Virus record (IMG/VR): IMGVR_UViG_3300025128_000003 | Span: 1 to 56,002 of that record | Reading direction: 5' to 3' (one strand) | DNA length: 56,002 nucleotides | Source of the DNA: a virus | Lineage: Duplodnaviria; Caudoviricetes | In this document: in pieces, positions 1-8,224 of the stretch | Layout: each line of letters starts with the position of its first letter | Position numbering within the stretch: position 1 is the stretch's first letter | Program-made: the position numbers and the translations under genes | Notes under the pieces: model-generated | The model's input: only the letters and a program-made list of their open reading frames with translations | The model's database searches: none | What the model was told of the DNA's origin: nothing

Positions 1-119
1 TCCAATATCACCCGACCTTTGCAAACCTATTACAAAGATATAATCTTGAACTGTTAGTTGGTCATCATGGTTATCAATATTTAGTGTAGTACTAGCTGTT
101 GCAGAACCATTTCTCCATG
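1..119. repeat. Terminal overlap, identical to 55884-56002 (circular contig; unit genome 55,883 bp)
   Basis: Exact 119-nt match TCCAATATCACCCG...CATTTCTCCATG at both ends, inside a coding region. Confidence 0.97.
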
Positions 120-1395
120 TGCCGTCTACACCTATCCATACCTTTCCTGTTGAAGGTTCAAAAGCAAAGTTTTGTACCCCACCAGCTTGTGCTGTGGTAA
201 ATCCACTTACAGAAGAACTACCATTGTCATACAATGTACCTCGTTGAAAATATGCTGATTCACCTGCAGACCCGTAAAAACCATTAGCATTAACAGAAGC
301 TTTCATATTAAACTGTGGAACAACAATTCCATTACCTAATCTGCCACCATTACCAGAGACAGAACCAGCTTCAACATAAAACTCCCAATAAATTTTAGGA
401 TCATCAGCTTGTATTACTTTATCAGAAACAAGTCCAAAAGCTCCTTGATTACTGCCGCTATATGTCATGCGGTTACTACCTTTTGACATAGAATAGTTTG
501 CAGCAGTACTACCACTAGGTTTACCTAGTATTGAAATTTTTGGATAAACATTGCTAGGTGTATGTATTGTTTGATTAGCACTATTCATATTATTAACAGT
601 AAGATCATTGTTATTACTGCTAATATCATTACCAAGATCAGAACTATTAGCAAAATCTAAACAAAAACTATTACCACCAGCAGATGTAGCTAATGCAGCA
701 ATTTCACTATTTTTCTTTGGAATAAATTGCGAACCATTTGTACCAAATGTAAATGTATCTAGAAAATCACTAACAGAAAAATCACCAGCTTGAATAGATT
801 TACCTTCTAAATAACATGCTTGCGCCCAATAGGCTTTAGGCACATATGGAATAGAGGGATGATCTGTTTTTCCTAATCGTATATCTGCATTTCCTGTTCC
901 ACTTCCAAGACAGGATTGATTGTCAGGAGGGGCTGAATATGAACTAGTGTTAGTAATTTCTCCGCCATTCACAAACAATCTATGACGTTCAGTAGCATTT
1001 ATAGATGTATTTGTATTATAACTTGCTAAAATATGATACCATCCAGCATCTCGAAATTTTGCTGCTGAAGTTTTTTCACCACCAGAACTACCGCCTGTTG
1101 CTACTGAAAATTGTAATTCATCGTCAGCGGCAAAAATAAAATGAACACCATCATTGTAGCTAGTGTGTCCAGTTGGAATAATATTAAAAATATCTCTTTC
1201 AGTGCCAAATTCTAATAATTGATACCATATTGAATAGATAAATTCTTTTCTACCATCAGATGAGATTGAAAAGTTATCTCGATTAAAAAAAGTAGATGAG
1301 CCATCTAACCAAACTGAATTACCAATTAGAGTTGTGTCAAATCCTGCATCAGCTTGACCTGCTACACCTAGAAGAAGATTGTTATTAAATACCAT
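1..1395 (-). CDS. 5' part of a LamG/ConA-like + SPRY-domain tail (receptor-binding) protein; continues across the junction into 55883..54681 (about 865 aa total)
   Basis: Not in the ORF track. ATG at 1395 (MVFNNNLLLGVAGQ...), no in-frame stop down to position 1, in frame with ORF 54681..55907. Motifs FRDAGWYHILASY (LamG-like) and FEPSTGKVWIGVDGTW (SPRY-like). Confidence 0.85.
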   Translation of the reverse strand, partial: MVFNNNLLLGVAGQADAGFDTTLIGNSVWLDGSSTFFNRDNFSISSDGRKEFIYSIWYQLLEFGTERDIFNIIPTGHTSYNDGVHFIFAADDELQFSVATGGSSGGEKTSAAKFRDAGWYHILASYNTNTSINATERHRLFVNGGEITNTSSYSAPPDNQSCLGSGTGNADIRLGKTDHPSIPYVPKAYWAQACYLEGKSIQAGDFSVSDFLDTFTFGTNGSQFIPKKNSEIAALATSAGGNSFCLDFANSSDLGNDISSNNNDLTVNNMNSANQTIHTPSNVYPKISILGKPSGSTAANYSMSKGSNRMTYSGSNQGAFGLVSDKVIQADDPKIYWEFYVEAGSVSGNGGRLGNGIVVPQFNMKASVNANGFYGSAGESAYFQRGTLYDNGSSSVSGFTTAQAGGVQNFAFEPSTGKVWIGVDGTWRNGSATASTTLNIDNHDDQLTVQDYIFVIGLQRSGDIG

Positions 1396-3087
1396 CTATG
1401 AATACGCCTTTGTTAGCACTGCATGAACATCTGTAGATGTATGCACTATGTAATCAATCCTATCAATTGCTGCTGCACCTGTAGAAAGCACAGGTGCTTC
1501 TCCACCTATAAAGTCCCAAGAAGTTCCGTAAGCAAGCGTTCTAGACCCTGTACCGTCTTGTACAACAAATATACTACCAACCTGTCCTGCAACACAATTA
1601 GTAGGATTATCAAGTGTTCTGTTACCTGCAAGTGTCACAGTAAAGTTTTGTCCTGCATTAAGATCAACTGATATATTAGTACCATCTGATAGTCCTTGAA
1701 TATCAGCAACAGCAGCTTTCTCTATGTGTATATCTTTACCAAGAAGAGAGTTTGTTCCAACTGCGACCGCACTTACATAAAAATCAGTTCCACTTACAAT
1801 GCCTGTTAATGTGCCTCCTGTTAAAGCTAATTTATTACCAATACTTGTAGCCATTGTAGCAGAAAGATTTGTAATAACAGTATTAACACTAGTTATAGCG
1901 TCAAGATTTGTTTTTGTTAAAGCTGATACTGCTACCGCTAGATTATTAACACTTGTAATTATTGTTCTGCTATTATTAACACTTGTAGCCATTGTAGCAG
2001 ATAGATCAGTAATGACTGTATTAATACTTGTAATAGCTGCTGTTCTGTTATTAATACTTGTTGCCATTGTACCAGATAAGTTAGCAACTACAGTATTTAT
2101 ACTGGTTACAGCATCTAAATTTGTTTTTGTTAAAGCAGATACTGCTGCTATGACTGTATTAGCACTTGTTATTGCTGCAGCATTAACAGAAGCTAAAACC
2201 GAAACTGCAGCAATATTTGTATTACTGTTTCCAATACTAGTAGCTAAAGCTGCAGATACTGTAGCAAGCTCTGCACTTGTAGCGAAGTTGCCACCATCAC
2301 CTATAATAGAATTAATACTTGTTATAGAATCTAGATTAGTTTTAGTAAGTGCAGAAACTGCAGCAACCTGAGTAACATTAGCAGCAGATACACCTGCCAT
2401 TAAAAGTTCGTCAGCATCAATATTAGTGGCACTTAAAGTTCCAAAGACTGCAGAACCTGTAGCAACAAAAGCAGTACTAACAGAAACTGTTCCAAAGTTT
2501 TGATTAGCAGATACAGCTATAACACCACTAACAGGAATAGAACTAGATACAGTCCCACCTACTGTCATTTTAATTCCAGTGCCAGCATCAACCTGCTTCA
2601 TTGTTCCACCTTCAGCAGAAGGAACATTTGTAAGTCCTGAACCATCACCTACAAAAAAGCCTGCACTAACAATGCTATTAAATGTTGCTACTGAAGCAGA
2701 CACTTTAGCAACATTAATTGTTGTGTCAGCTAAACTTACTGCAATAGTTGGATTACCTGCAGTTCCATTCGCATTACCTATTGTTATTCCTGCACCAGCA
2801 GTAAGCGTTCTACCTAACGCACTACCGCTATTCATTGCTACAAGACCAGTAATACCTGTAAGATCAGTAATAGCATTTAGTGCAGATGCATCAGCAGTAA
2901 GGGCTGAACCGTTTAATTGAAGTGTACCATTAATATTAACAGTTGAATTACTTAATTCTAATGCTGAATTAGTAGCATCTCCATCTTGAACTGTTTGAAG
3001 ACTAGCAGTTATTCCAGTATTACCAGAACCTATTTGTAATAGTTGTTTATAACTATTAGCTATCTGTTTACCTGTAAGTGTTGCCAT
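1396..3087 (-). CDS. Tail fibre protein, Ser/Thr/Ala-rich with internal repeats
   Basis: Likely start MATLTGK at 3087 (TAATG coupling). Repeats AVSALTKTNLDxITSIN and LSATMATS; C-terminal QDGTGSRTL domain typical of phage fibres. Confidence 0.75.
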   Translation of the reverse strand: MATLTGKQIANSYKQLLQIGSGNTGITASLQTVQDGDATNSALELSNSTVNINGTLQLNGSALTADASALNAITDLTGITGLVAMNSGSALGRTLTAGAGITIGNANGTAGNPTIAVSLADTTINVAKVSASVATFNSIVSAGFFVGDGSGLTNVPSAEGGTMKQVDAGTGIKMTVGGTVSSSIPVSGVIAVSANQNFGTVSVSTAFVATGSAVFGTLSATNIDADELLMAGVSAANVTQVAAVSALTKTNLDSITSINSIIGDGGNFATSAELATVSAALATSIGNSNTNIAAVSVLASVNAAAITSANTVIAAVSALTKTNLDAVTSINTVVANLSGTMATSINNRTAAITSINTVITDLSATMATSVNNSRTIITSVNNLAVAVSALTKTNLDAITSVNTVITNLSATMATSIGNKLALTGGTLTGIVSGTDFYVSAVAVGTNSLLGKDIHIEKAAVADIQGLSDGTNISVDLNAGQNFTVTLAGNRTLDNPTNCVAGQVGSIFVVQDGTGSRTLAYGTSWDFIGGEAPVLSTGAAAIDRIDYIVHTSTDVHAVLTKAYS

Positions 3088-3365
3088 TATACCATATTCC
3101 AATCTTCATCTGTAGCTTCCCAATTAGATGTTGCAGATTCCCACAATAAATTTCTATCATTATTAAGAGGAGGTCTTGGATTTTGAATTGATTCGTCATC
3201 TTTAACATTAGGTGTTTTATTTTGTGGATGGTTTTTTAAGTCATATGCTCCATCAAAATCTGTTGGGCAAACTAGTAATCCATAACTATTCTTTTTTAAA
3301 ATTCTATGTGGATACATAAAACCACATACATCACATATACCTTTAGCCTTTCTATCAGTAGCCAT
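3087..3365 (-). CDS. Small conserved virion-module protein with CxxC
   Basis: CDVCG...CPTD...HPQ motifs; coupled to both neighbours. Confidence 0.6.
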   Translation of the reverse strand: MATDRKAKGICDVCGFMYPHRILKKNSYGLLVCPTDFDGAYDLKNHPQNKTPNVKDDESIQNPRPPLNNDRNLLWESATSNWEATDEDWNMV

Positions 3366-4039
3366 TATACGGCTCTTAGTTTAGGTTTAAAGAAGATACT
3401 AGCACGTTCGGAATCTTCTGTCAAGGCTCTTTCTAATAATTCTTCATAATTTTGTTTAAGAAAAGTAATTTTACCAGCATCTACACCGGGACGTTTAATA
3501 GACATATAAAAAGCTAGACCAGCAGATAAGCAAGGCAAGAACCTTTTTGGAACATCTGCATTTTGTCCAGCCGATTTATTTATATCTTCTAACTCTCTAA
3601 TTTTTTCAACTTTCAAAACATCGGTTGAGTTTTCTGGAATAGGCCAGATAAAGAGAATTGGATTATCTCTGTCTCTTTTAATTGAATATTGTGTAGCTCT
3701 TCCTGTCTGTCCCTTTTGAGGAATTTGTAAATACTCTTCATATGATATTCTAGTTAAAGGTAAATCAGTATTATCTCTATTTACAATAACCTGTAAAGCA
3801 TCAATGGTTGCACCACTCAAAGCATACGAAGACACACTAGCGGTAACAGTAATTGCAGAAGCTTCCGTTGACCATAGAAGAATACCTCTGTTCTGCCAAT
3901 CTTTTAGCATTAAGTTAAGAGAACGTCTAGCAGAAGCTGGCTCATGACCAAGGGTTTGCTCACCCCCAATCATTTCAGTTGCTTCTTGAATTACATCATC
4001 AATCTCTAATGTAAAATTAAATGTACCACTAGTAGCCAT
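3365..4039 (-). CDS. Head-tail adaptor / tail tubular protein A-like
   Basis: ARRSLNLM..W.NRG, IWPIP, FLPCL..GLA motifs; size and position fit a P22 gp4-like adaptor. Confidence 0.65.
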   Translation of the reverse strand: MATSGTFNFTLEIDDVIQEATEMIGGEQTLGHEPASARRSLNLMLKDWQNRGILLWSTEASAITVTASVSSYALSGATIDALQVIVNRDNTDLPLTRISYEEYLQIPQKGQTGRATQYSIKRDRDNPILFIWPIPENSTDVLKVEKIRELEDINKSAGQNADVPKRFLPCLSAGLAFYMSIKRPGVDAGKITFLKQNYEELLERALTEDSERASIFFKPKLRAV

Positions 4040-4042
4040 TTA

Positions 4043-4129
4043 CTATTTCCTTTTAACTTTTTTCTTAGTTTTTTTCTTTTGAGGAGGTTTAGTAATCTGT
4101 TGTTTTATGTTTGACCTAGTAATAGTCAC
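4043..4129 (-). CDS. 28-aa basic peptide MTITRSNIKQQITKPPQKKKTKKKVKRK
   Basis: Manual translation (GTG start); fills the gap between tightly packed genes. Confidence 0.55.
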   Translation of the reverse strand: MTITRSNIKQQITKPPQKKKTKKKVKRK

Positions 4130-4131
4130 TT

Positions 4132-4290
4132 TTACTTTTTCCTTTTAGATGCCATTGCATATCTTTGGGGAACAGGTCCACCTTTAGACATATACTTTGT
4201 TTTCTTTATAGCGCCACCCTTAGACATATATTTAGTTTTTTTAACTGGGCCACCTTTAGCCATGTATTTAGTCTTCTTCATCTTCCGCAT
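4132..4290 (-). CDS. 52-aa basic peptide with three KKTKYM(A/S)KGG repeats
   Basis: Manual translation MRKMKKTKYMAKGGPVKKTKYMSKGGAIKKTKYMSKGGPVPQRYAMASKRKK; GAGGAG RBS 7 nt upstream. Confidence 0.7.
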   Translation of the reverse strand: MRKMKKTKYMAKGGPVKKTKYMSKGGAIKKTKYMSKGGPVPQRYAMASKRKK

Positions 4291-4954
4291 CATTCATCTC
4301 CTCTTGATATAGATTATTAAAAGTTAAAAAAGGATTCATGTAACTATCATGAATTTCTGCTGAATGAACATATTGACTTGGAGCAAAATCTGGTGCGCCT
4401 TCTCCAGTTACCCATAATGCAGGATTAGTAACTCTAACTCTGTTATTAGGTAATGCAATAATATTACCTGTATATTCTCCAGCATCAATTAATTCTAATA
4501 CATGAGATTGTTTATGTTGTGCTGGATCATCAGATATTGCACTATCTGTATAATCAACAGTAAATAAATATCTCCCAGTATAAAAAACATTATCAATCTT
4601 ACATAACCAAGGACTTGAAGAAACTCTATCCATGACTACTACTGCATGATTTCTAGAAGAACAATCCCAAGGTTGAGCTAAATGTGTCGCCATTTTAGTA
4701 GGCCATTCTTCTAACATAGTATCAGCTACTAAAGCTGTAATGGGCATTCTAGCCCACATTGCTCCACCATGTATATTTTCTTCTTCATCACATCCAGTAA
4801 ATACAACATTAAAACTTAATGATCTATCTGGTATAGTATTAACTGCTATTACTAAAGCATGTAAATACTCACCTTCGTATTCCATGTGATTATGTGTAAA
4901 CTCTTTTCTTACCCAACATTTAAAGTGTGGAATGTTTGAAGTTAAATACGCCAT
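4268..4954 (-). CDS. Conserved phage protein of unknown function in the head module
   Basis: 228-aa ORF; HGGAMWARMPI, QPWDC, QHKQSH motifs. Confidence 0.7.
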   Translation of the reverse strand: MAYLTSNIPHFKCWVRKEFTHNHMEYEGEYLHALVIAVNTIPDRSLSFNVVFTGCDEEENIHGGAMWARMPITALVADTMLEEWPTKMATHLAQPWDCSSRNHAVVVMDRVSSSPWLCKIDNVFYTGRYLFTVDYTDSAISDDPAQHKQSHVLELIDAGEYTGNIIALPNNRVRVTNPALWVTGEGAPDFAPSQYVHSAEIHDSYMNPFLTFNNLYQEEMNDAEDEED

Positions 4955-5518
4955 TTAACATCTCCATCTTCTTCTAGCTTGGCGTAATCTAGAATTAGGA
5001 TTCTTAGCAGCTTTTGGAAACTTCTTCATTTGTCCCGCTGATCTAGCACAATAACTTTTACGTCTTGCTGCTCTAGCCTTGCTAGGTTTCTTTTCAGTTA
5101 CAGCAGTTTTAAGTTTACTACCGGGATTTTCTCTACGATATTTAGCTACTCCTTTAGCGGTCATACCTGCTCCTTTTTTAGTAGGACGCTTTTGACCTCC
5201 GCTAATGGTATGCCCCTTCATACCTTTACCAGTTGATTTTCTTTTAGTAGCCACCGTTCCACCCTTTTTTCTATAAGCACTTGTCTTCTTAGCAACCCCT
5301 TTTGGTTGCTTAGAAAACTGTTTACCCTTTTTAGTATCCTCTCTTTTCTTACGAGTAGATGCTGCATATTCAGACGAAGAGAGAGATTTGATTGCCTTTT
5401 CGGGTAGATATCTCTCTCCTGTCGCCTTCGGACCTTGTGTAGAGGGTTTGCCCGATTTCGTTCTCCACTTTTGCTTTGTCCAGTCTTTCAGATTTTTCTG
5501 TGACTTTGCAAGTGTCAT
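4955..5518 (-). CDS. Highly basic protein (putative DNA-condensing/core protein; apparent two-module fusion)
   Basis: K/R-rich; WTKQKWRTKSG N-module and RRKSYCARS...ARRRWRC C-module. Confidence 0.65.
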   Translation of the reverse strand: MTLAKSQKNLKDWTKQKWRTKSGKPSTQGPKATGERYLPEKAIKSLSSSEYAASTRKKREDTKKGKQFSKQPKGVAKKTSAYRKKGGTVATKRKSTGKGMKGHTISGGQKRPTKKGAGMTAKGVAKYRRENPGSKLKTAVTEKKPSKARAARRKSYCARSAGQMKKFPKAAKNPNSRLRQARRRWRC

Positions 5519-5850
5519 TAGCTTTTGTAACCCCCGCCTTTTTTCTTGTATTGCTGTGCCAGCATCTGTGCTTTTCTAGCTGACCACTGACCGGGTGCGC
5601 CTCCCTTACCACCTGCTTTAATCTTGTTAAATAAATTTTTACGCATAGTTGGCTTTGTATAATTACCTGCCTCATTGACTCTGGACTTCTTAGCAGTTCC
5701 ACCTGTTTTCCTTTTTGTAATTACGCCACCCTTCTTAGCAGTCTTAGCTCCTGTTCGTACAGCTTTTAAATCAGCACCTGTAATTTTATTTCTAGGTGAT
5801 GCAACCCTTGCTAATTTTTTTTGTTTAGGACTGTACTTAGAAAAAGGCAT
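5518..5850 (-). CDS. Highly basic small protein
   Basis: K-rich; GQWSARKAQ..KKKGGGY motif. Confidence 0.65.
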   Translation of the reverse strand: MPFSKYSPKQKKLARVASPRNKITGADLKAVRTGAKTAKKGGVITKRKTGGTAKKSRVNEAGNYTKPTMRKNLFNKIKAGGKGGAPGQWSARKAQMLAQQYKKKGGGYKS

Positions 5851-6356
5851 TATATCTGTCCTCCAGATTTATACCCATACATTACATTTTTATTACCTAT
5901 CATACCGCCACCTCGTTTATAAACAACCTGACCACCTTTTTTACGAGAGGCGCTTCTCTTTTTATCTTGAGCTTGCTGTAATAAATCTTTTTTAGACTCA
6001 AGTTGATTCTGTAATTTTTTACCTATAGATGCTCTTTCTTTAATCGTTTTACTTTTATCAGCAGTATTTTCTTTTATTTGTTGTTGTATATTTTTTATTT
6101 CTTCCATATTCTTTTTTTCTGCAGCAGTAGCATCTTTTATACTTTTTCTTTTTCTTGCTGATTTAGCACCTATTTCTTGTAAATAAGAAGATTCACCAAC
6201 TGTAACTTTACCAGCTTTACCAGTTTCTACATCTCTCATACCGGGATAATTAGCAGTATCAACCATTGATCTAGCTTCTAATTTTCTAGCTACATCAGCA
6301 GGTTTATTTTTACGTTTTCTTTTAGCTGTTGGTTTAAAAATTTTTCCTTTAGACAT
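5850..6356 (-). CDS. Basic coiled-coil protein with C-terminal KGG motifs
   Basis: 168-aa ORF coupled by TAATG; RKKGGQV, YKRGGGM, YKSGGQI. Confidence 0.6.
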   Translation of the reverse strand: MSKGKIFKPTAKRKRKNKPADVARKLEARSMVDTANYPGMRDVETGKAGKVTVGESSYLQEIGAKSARKRKSIKDATAAEKKNMEEIKNIQQQIKENTADKSKTIKERASIGKKLQNQLESKKDLLQQAQDKKRSASRKKGGQVVYKRGGGMIGNKNVMYGYKSGGQI

Positions 6357-6360
6357 AATA

Positions 6361-6990
6361 TTAGCTCCTTACTTTTCCATAGCCACTAAGAGCTTTACCA
6401 ACACCTACAGGACCACCTTTTTTCTTATAGCTAATTTGTCCACCTTTTTTCTTTATTCTAAGCAAGCCACTTTCTACTAGCTCATCTATTTCACTTTTAT
6501 CAATAGCACCTCTAGCATTTAAACCCATTGCTTCTGCAATATTACCAACCTCGTCACTAAACTCACCAATATTTCTTTTAGTGGCAGGATCAATAAGTCC
6601 CATTGCTCTACGTTGTCTAGTTTGTCTTTTAGACATTTTAGGAAGCTCTACTTTAGAAAGAGCAGGTCTATTTGGACCTTCAGCTACACCTTCAACATTT
6701 CTTCTTCTAGGCATAGCAGGAGACATTTCTCCCATGCTTTCCATATCAGAAGCTCTTTTAAGTGCGGCAATTTCTCTACCTCTTTTACCTTTCGGCATTT
6801 CGGTATCTTTTCTTTTAGCAGTTCCTGTCTTCCGTCTTGTTTTTGGTCCCGGCTTTCCAGACTCTTCCCATTTCTTAACAGAAGTAAAACCAGCAGCTTT
6901 TGCTTTAGCTTTTATTTCAGGAGAAATAGCCTTACGACCTTTACCTTTTCTGCCTCTTTTCTTTTTTACTAAACTTTTTGCTTTAGCCAT
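6361..6990 (-). CDS. Basic protein with C-terminal KGG motifs
   Basis: 209-aa ORF with AGGA RBS; KKKGGQI, YKKKGGPV. Confidence 0.6.
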   Translation of the reverse strand: MAKAKSLVKKKRGRKGKGRKAISPEIKAKAKAAGFTSVKKWEESGKPGPKTRRKTGTAKRKDTEMPKGKRGREIAALKRASDMESMGEMSPAMPRRRNVEGVAEGPNRPALSKVELPKMSKRQTRQRRAMGLIDPATKRNIGEFSDEVGNIAEAMGLNARGAIDKSEIDELVESGLLRIKKKGGQISYKKKGGPVGVGKALSGYGKVRS

Positions 6991-7001
6991 GATACTATTC
7001 C

Positions 7002-7199
7002 TTATACCGAGTAATCATATTCTTTGTTGTCAATGACAACTTTTTCAAACTGAATAGAATCACCCTCTGCTGCTGGACCTTTTCTAGCTGCTCCATAACC
7101 TTTTCCAGTTGGACGAGCTACAGCATCCATACGCTCTTCTTTATAACGATCAAATCCAGCTTTATCATAAGAATACTTTTTATTGTTAATAAGTGGCAT
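7002..7199 (-). CDS. Small hypothetical protein
   Basis: AGGAGG RBS; GKGYGAARKG motif. Confidence 0.6.
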   Translation of the reverse strand: MPLINNKKYSYDKAGFDRYKEERMDAVARPTGKGYGAARKGPAAEGDSIQFEKVVIDNKEYDYSV

Positions 7200-7208
7200 A
7201 GTTCCCTC

Positions 7209-7868
7209 CTAACTACTTCCTTGAATAATTGTGTTAGCACTACCTGCCGGGCTTGAATTAAGCTCCATATTATCTTGCCTAGCTCTTCTAGCTTGATTAC
7301 GAAGACCATCAATTGAAGCTTTAAGTTCAGCTTGCCATGCTGGTACAGTATTAAAACTTTTATTAAATAAAGATGCTTCCACCATTGATGCATAAAAAAG
7401 AGCATCATAACAAAAATCTGAAAAATAATTGTTTGGTGCAGCAGATGTTAAAGCAGCAGGTCTAGCCACATAAACAACTTCTGTGTCATATGCAGAGGCA
7501 GGAGTGGGGGCAAGATAAATCTGCGTATTACTCCGCATTGCATAATACTTAGGTTCGCCAACAGATGAAGAAACAAAAGGCCAATAGTCATTTACATACT
7601 CTTGGCTTCTTTGTAACAAATTAATTTTTGAACCTGAAACTTTAATATTAATATTTCTAATTATTCTTGTATCTGATGCAAGAGAAACAAGTGGATTATT
7701 AACACTTGTTGTAACAGATGTAATTTGATTTAGTGCGACATCATCTAATTCTTTAATAAGACGAAATTCTGCCTTATTAATAATAACAGGAATTTGATCA
7801 GTAAAATCCTGCGAATCATTTTCAGATGTATTTCTAATATCAGATACAAGTTCACTATAAGAAGGCAT
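7209..7868 (-). CDS. Head-tail adaptor/connector protein
   Basis: Downstream of capsid; I..AE.R, G.PKYY, LAPTP, DALFYA motifs. Confidence 0.65.
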   Translation of the reverse strand: MPSYSELVSDIRNTSENDSQDFTDQIPVIINKAEFRLIKELDDVALNQITSVTTSVNNPLVSLASDTRIIRNINIKVSGSKINLLQRSQEYVNDYWPFVSSSVGEPKYYAMRSNTQIYLAPTPASAYDTEVVYVARPAALTSAAPNNYFSDFCYDALFYASMVEASLFNKSFNTVPAWQAELKASIDGLRNQARRARQDNMELNSSPAGSANTIIQGSS

Positions 7869-7872
7869 CTAT

Positions 7873-8169
7873 TTATCCATAATAAATATAAAATTTACCA
7901 GCATTACTTGCGCCAGCCAGAGAAACCTTACCAGTGCATTTTACACCTGTATCATTAATATAAACATTATCCATTACATTTGTACCAAGTGCAGCATGTT
8001 TTATCTTGGGACCATTCTGATCACCAACAACTAATTCAGATGCAGCAGATACAGCAAAACTATAAACTTGGATACGAGTATCTGTAACAGTTACACTTGA
8101 AATAGCATCTACAAATATACCATTTCCACCAGCACCACCAGTTACTTGTCCTATTCTAATATTCGACAT
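7873..8169 (-). CDS. Small beta-rich virion protein
   Basis: GGAG RBS; directly after the capsid gene; C-terminal YYG. Confidence 0.6.
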   Translation of the reverse strand: MSNIRIGQVTGGAGGNGIFVDAISSVTVTDTRIQVYSFAVSAASELVVGDQNGPKIKHAALGTNVMDNVYINDTGVKCTGKVSLAGASNAGKFYIYYG

Positions 8170-8180
8170 TTAAATCTCCC

Positions 8181-8214
8181 AAAGAAGGAGGAGAGAGGAT
8201 TTCTCCCCTCTCCT
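8181..8214 (-). terminator. Intrinsic terminator/attenuator after the major capsid gene
   Basis: Minus strand AGGAGAGGGGA-GAAA-TCCTCTCTCCT followed by CCTTCTTT. Confidence 0.65.
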
Positions 8215-8224
8215 AGTTCTTATC

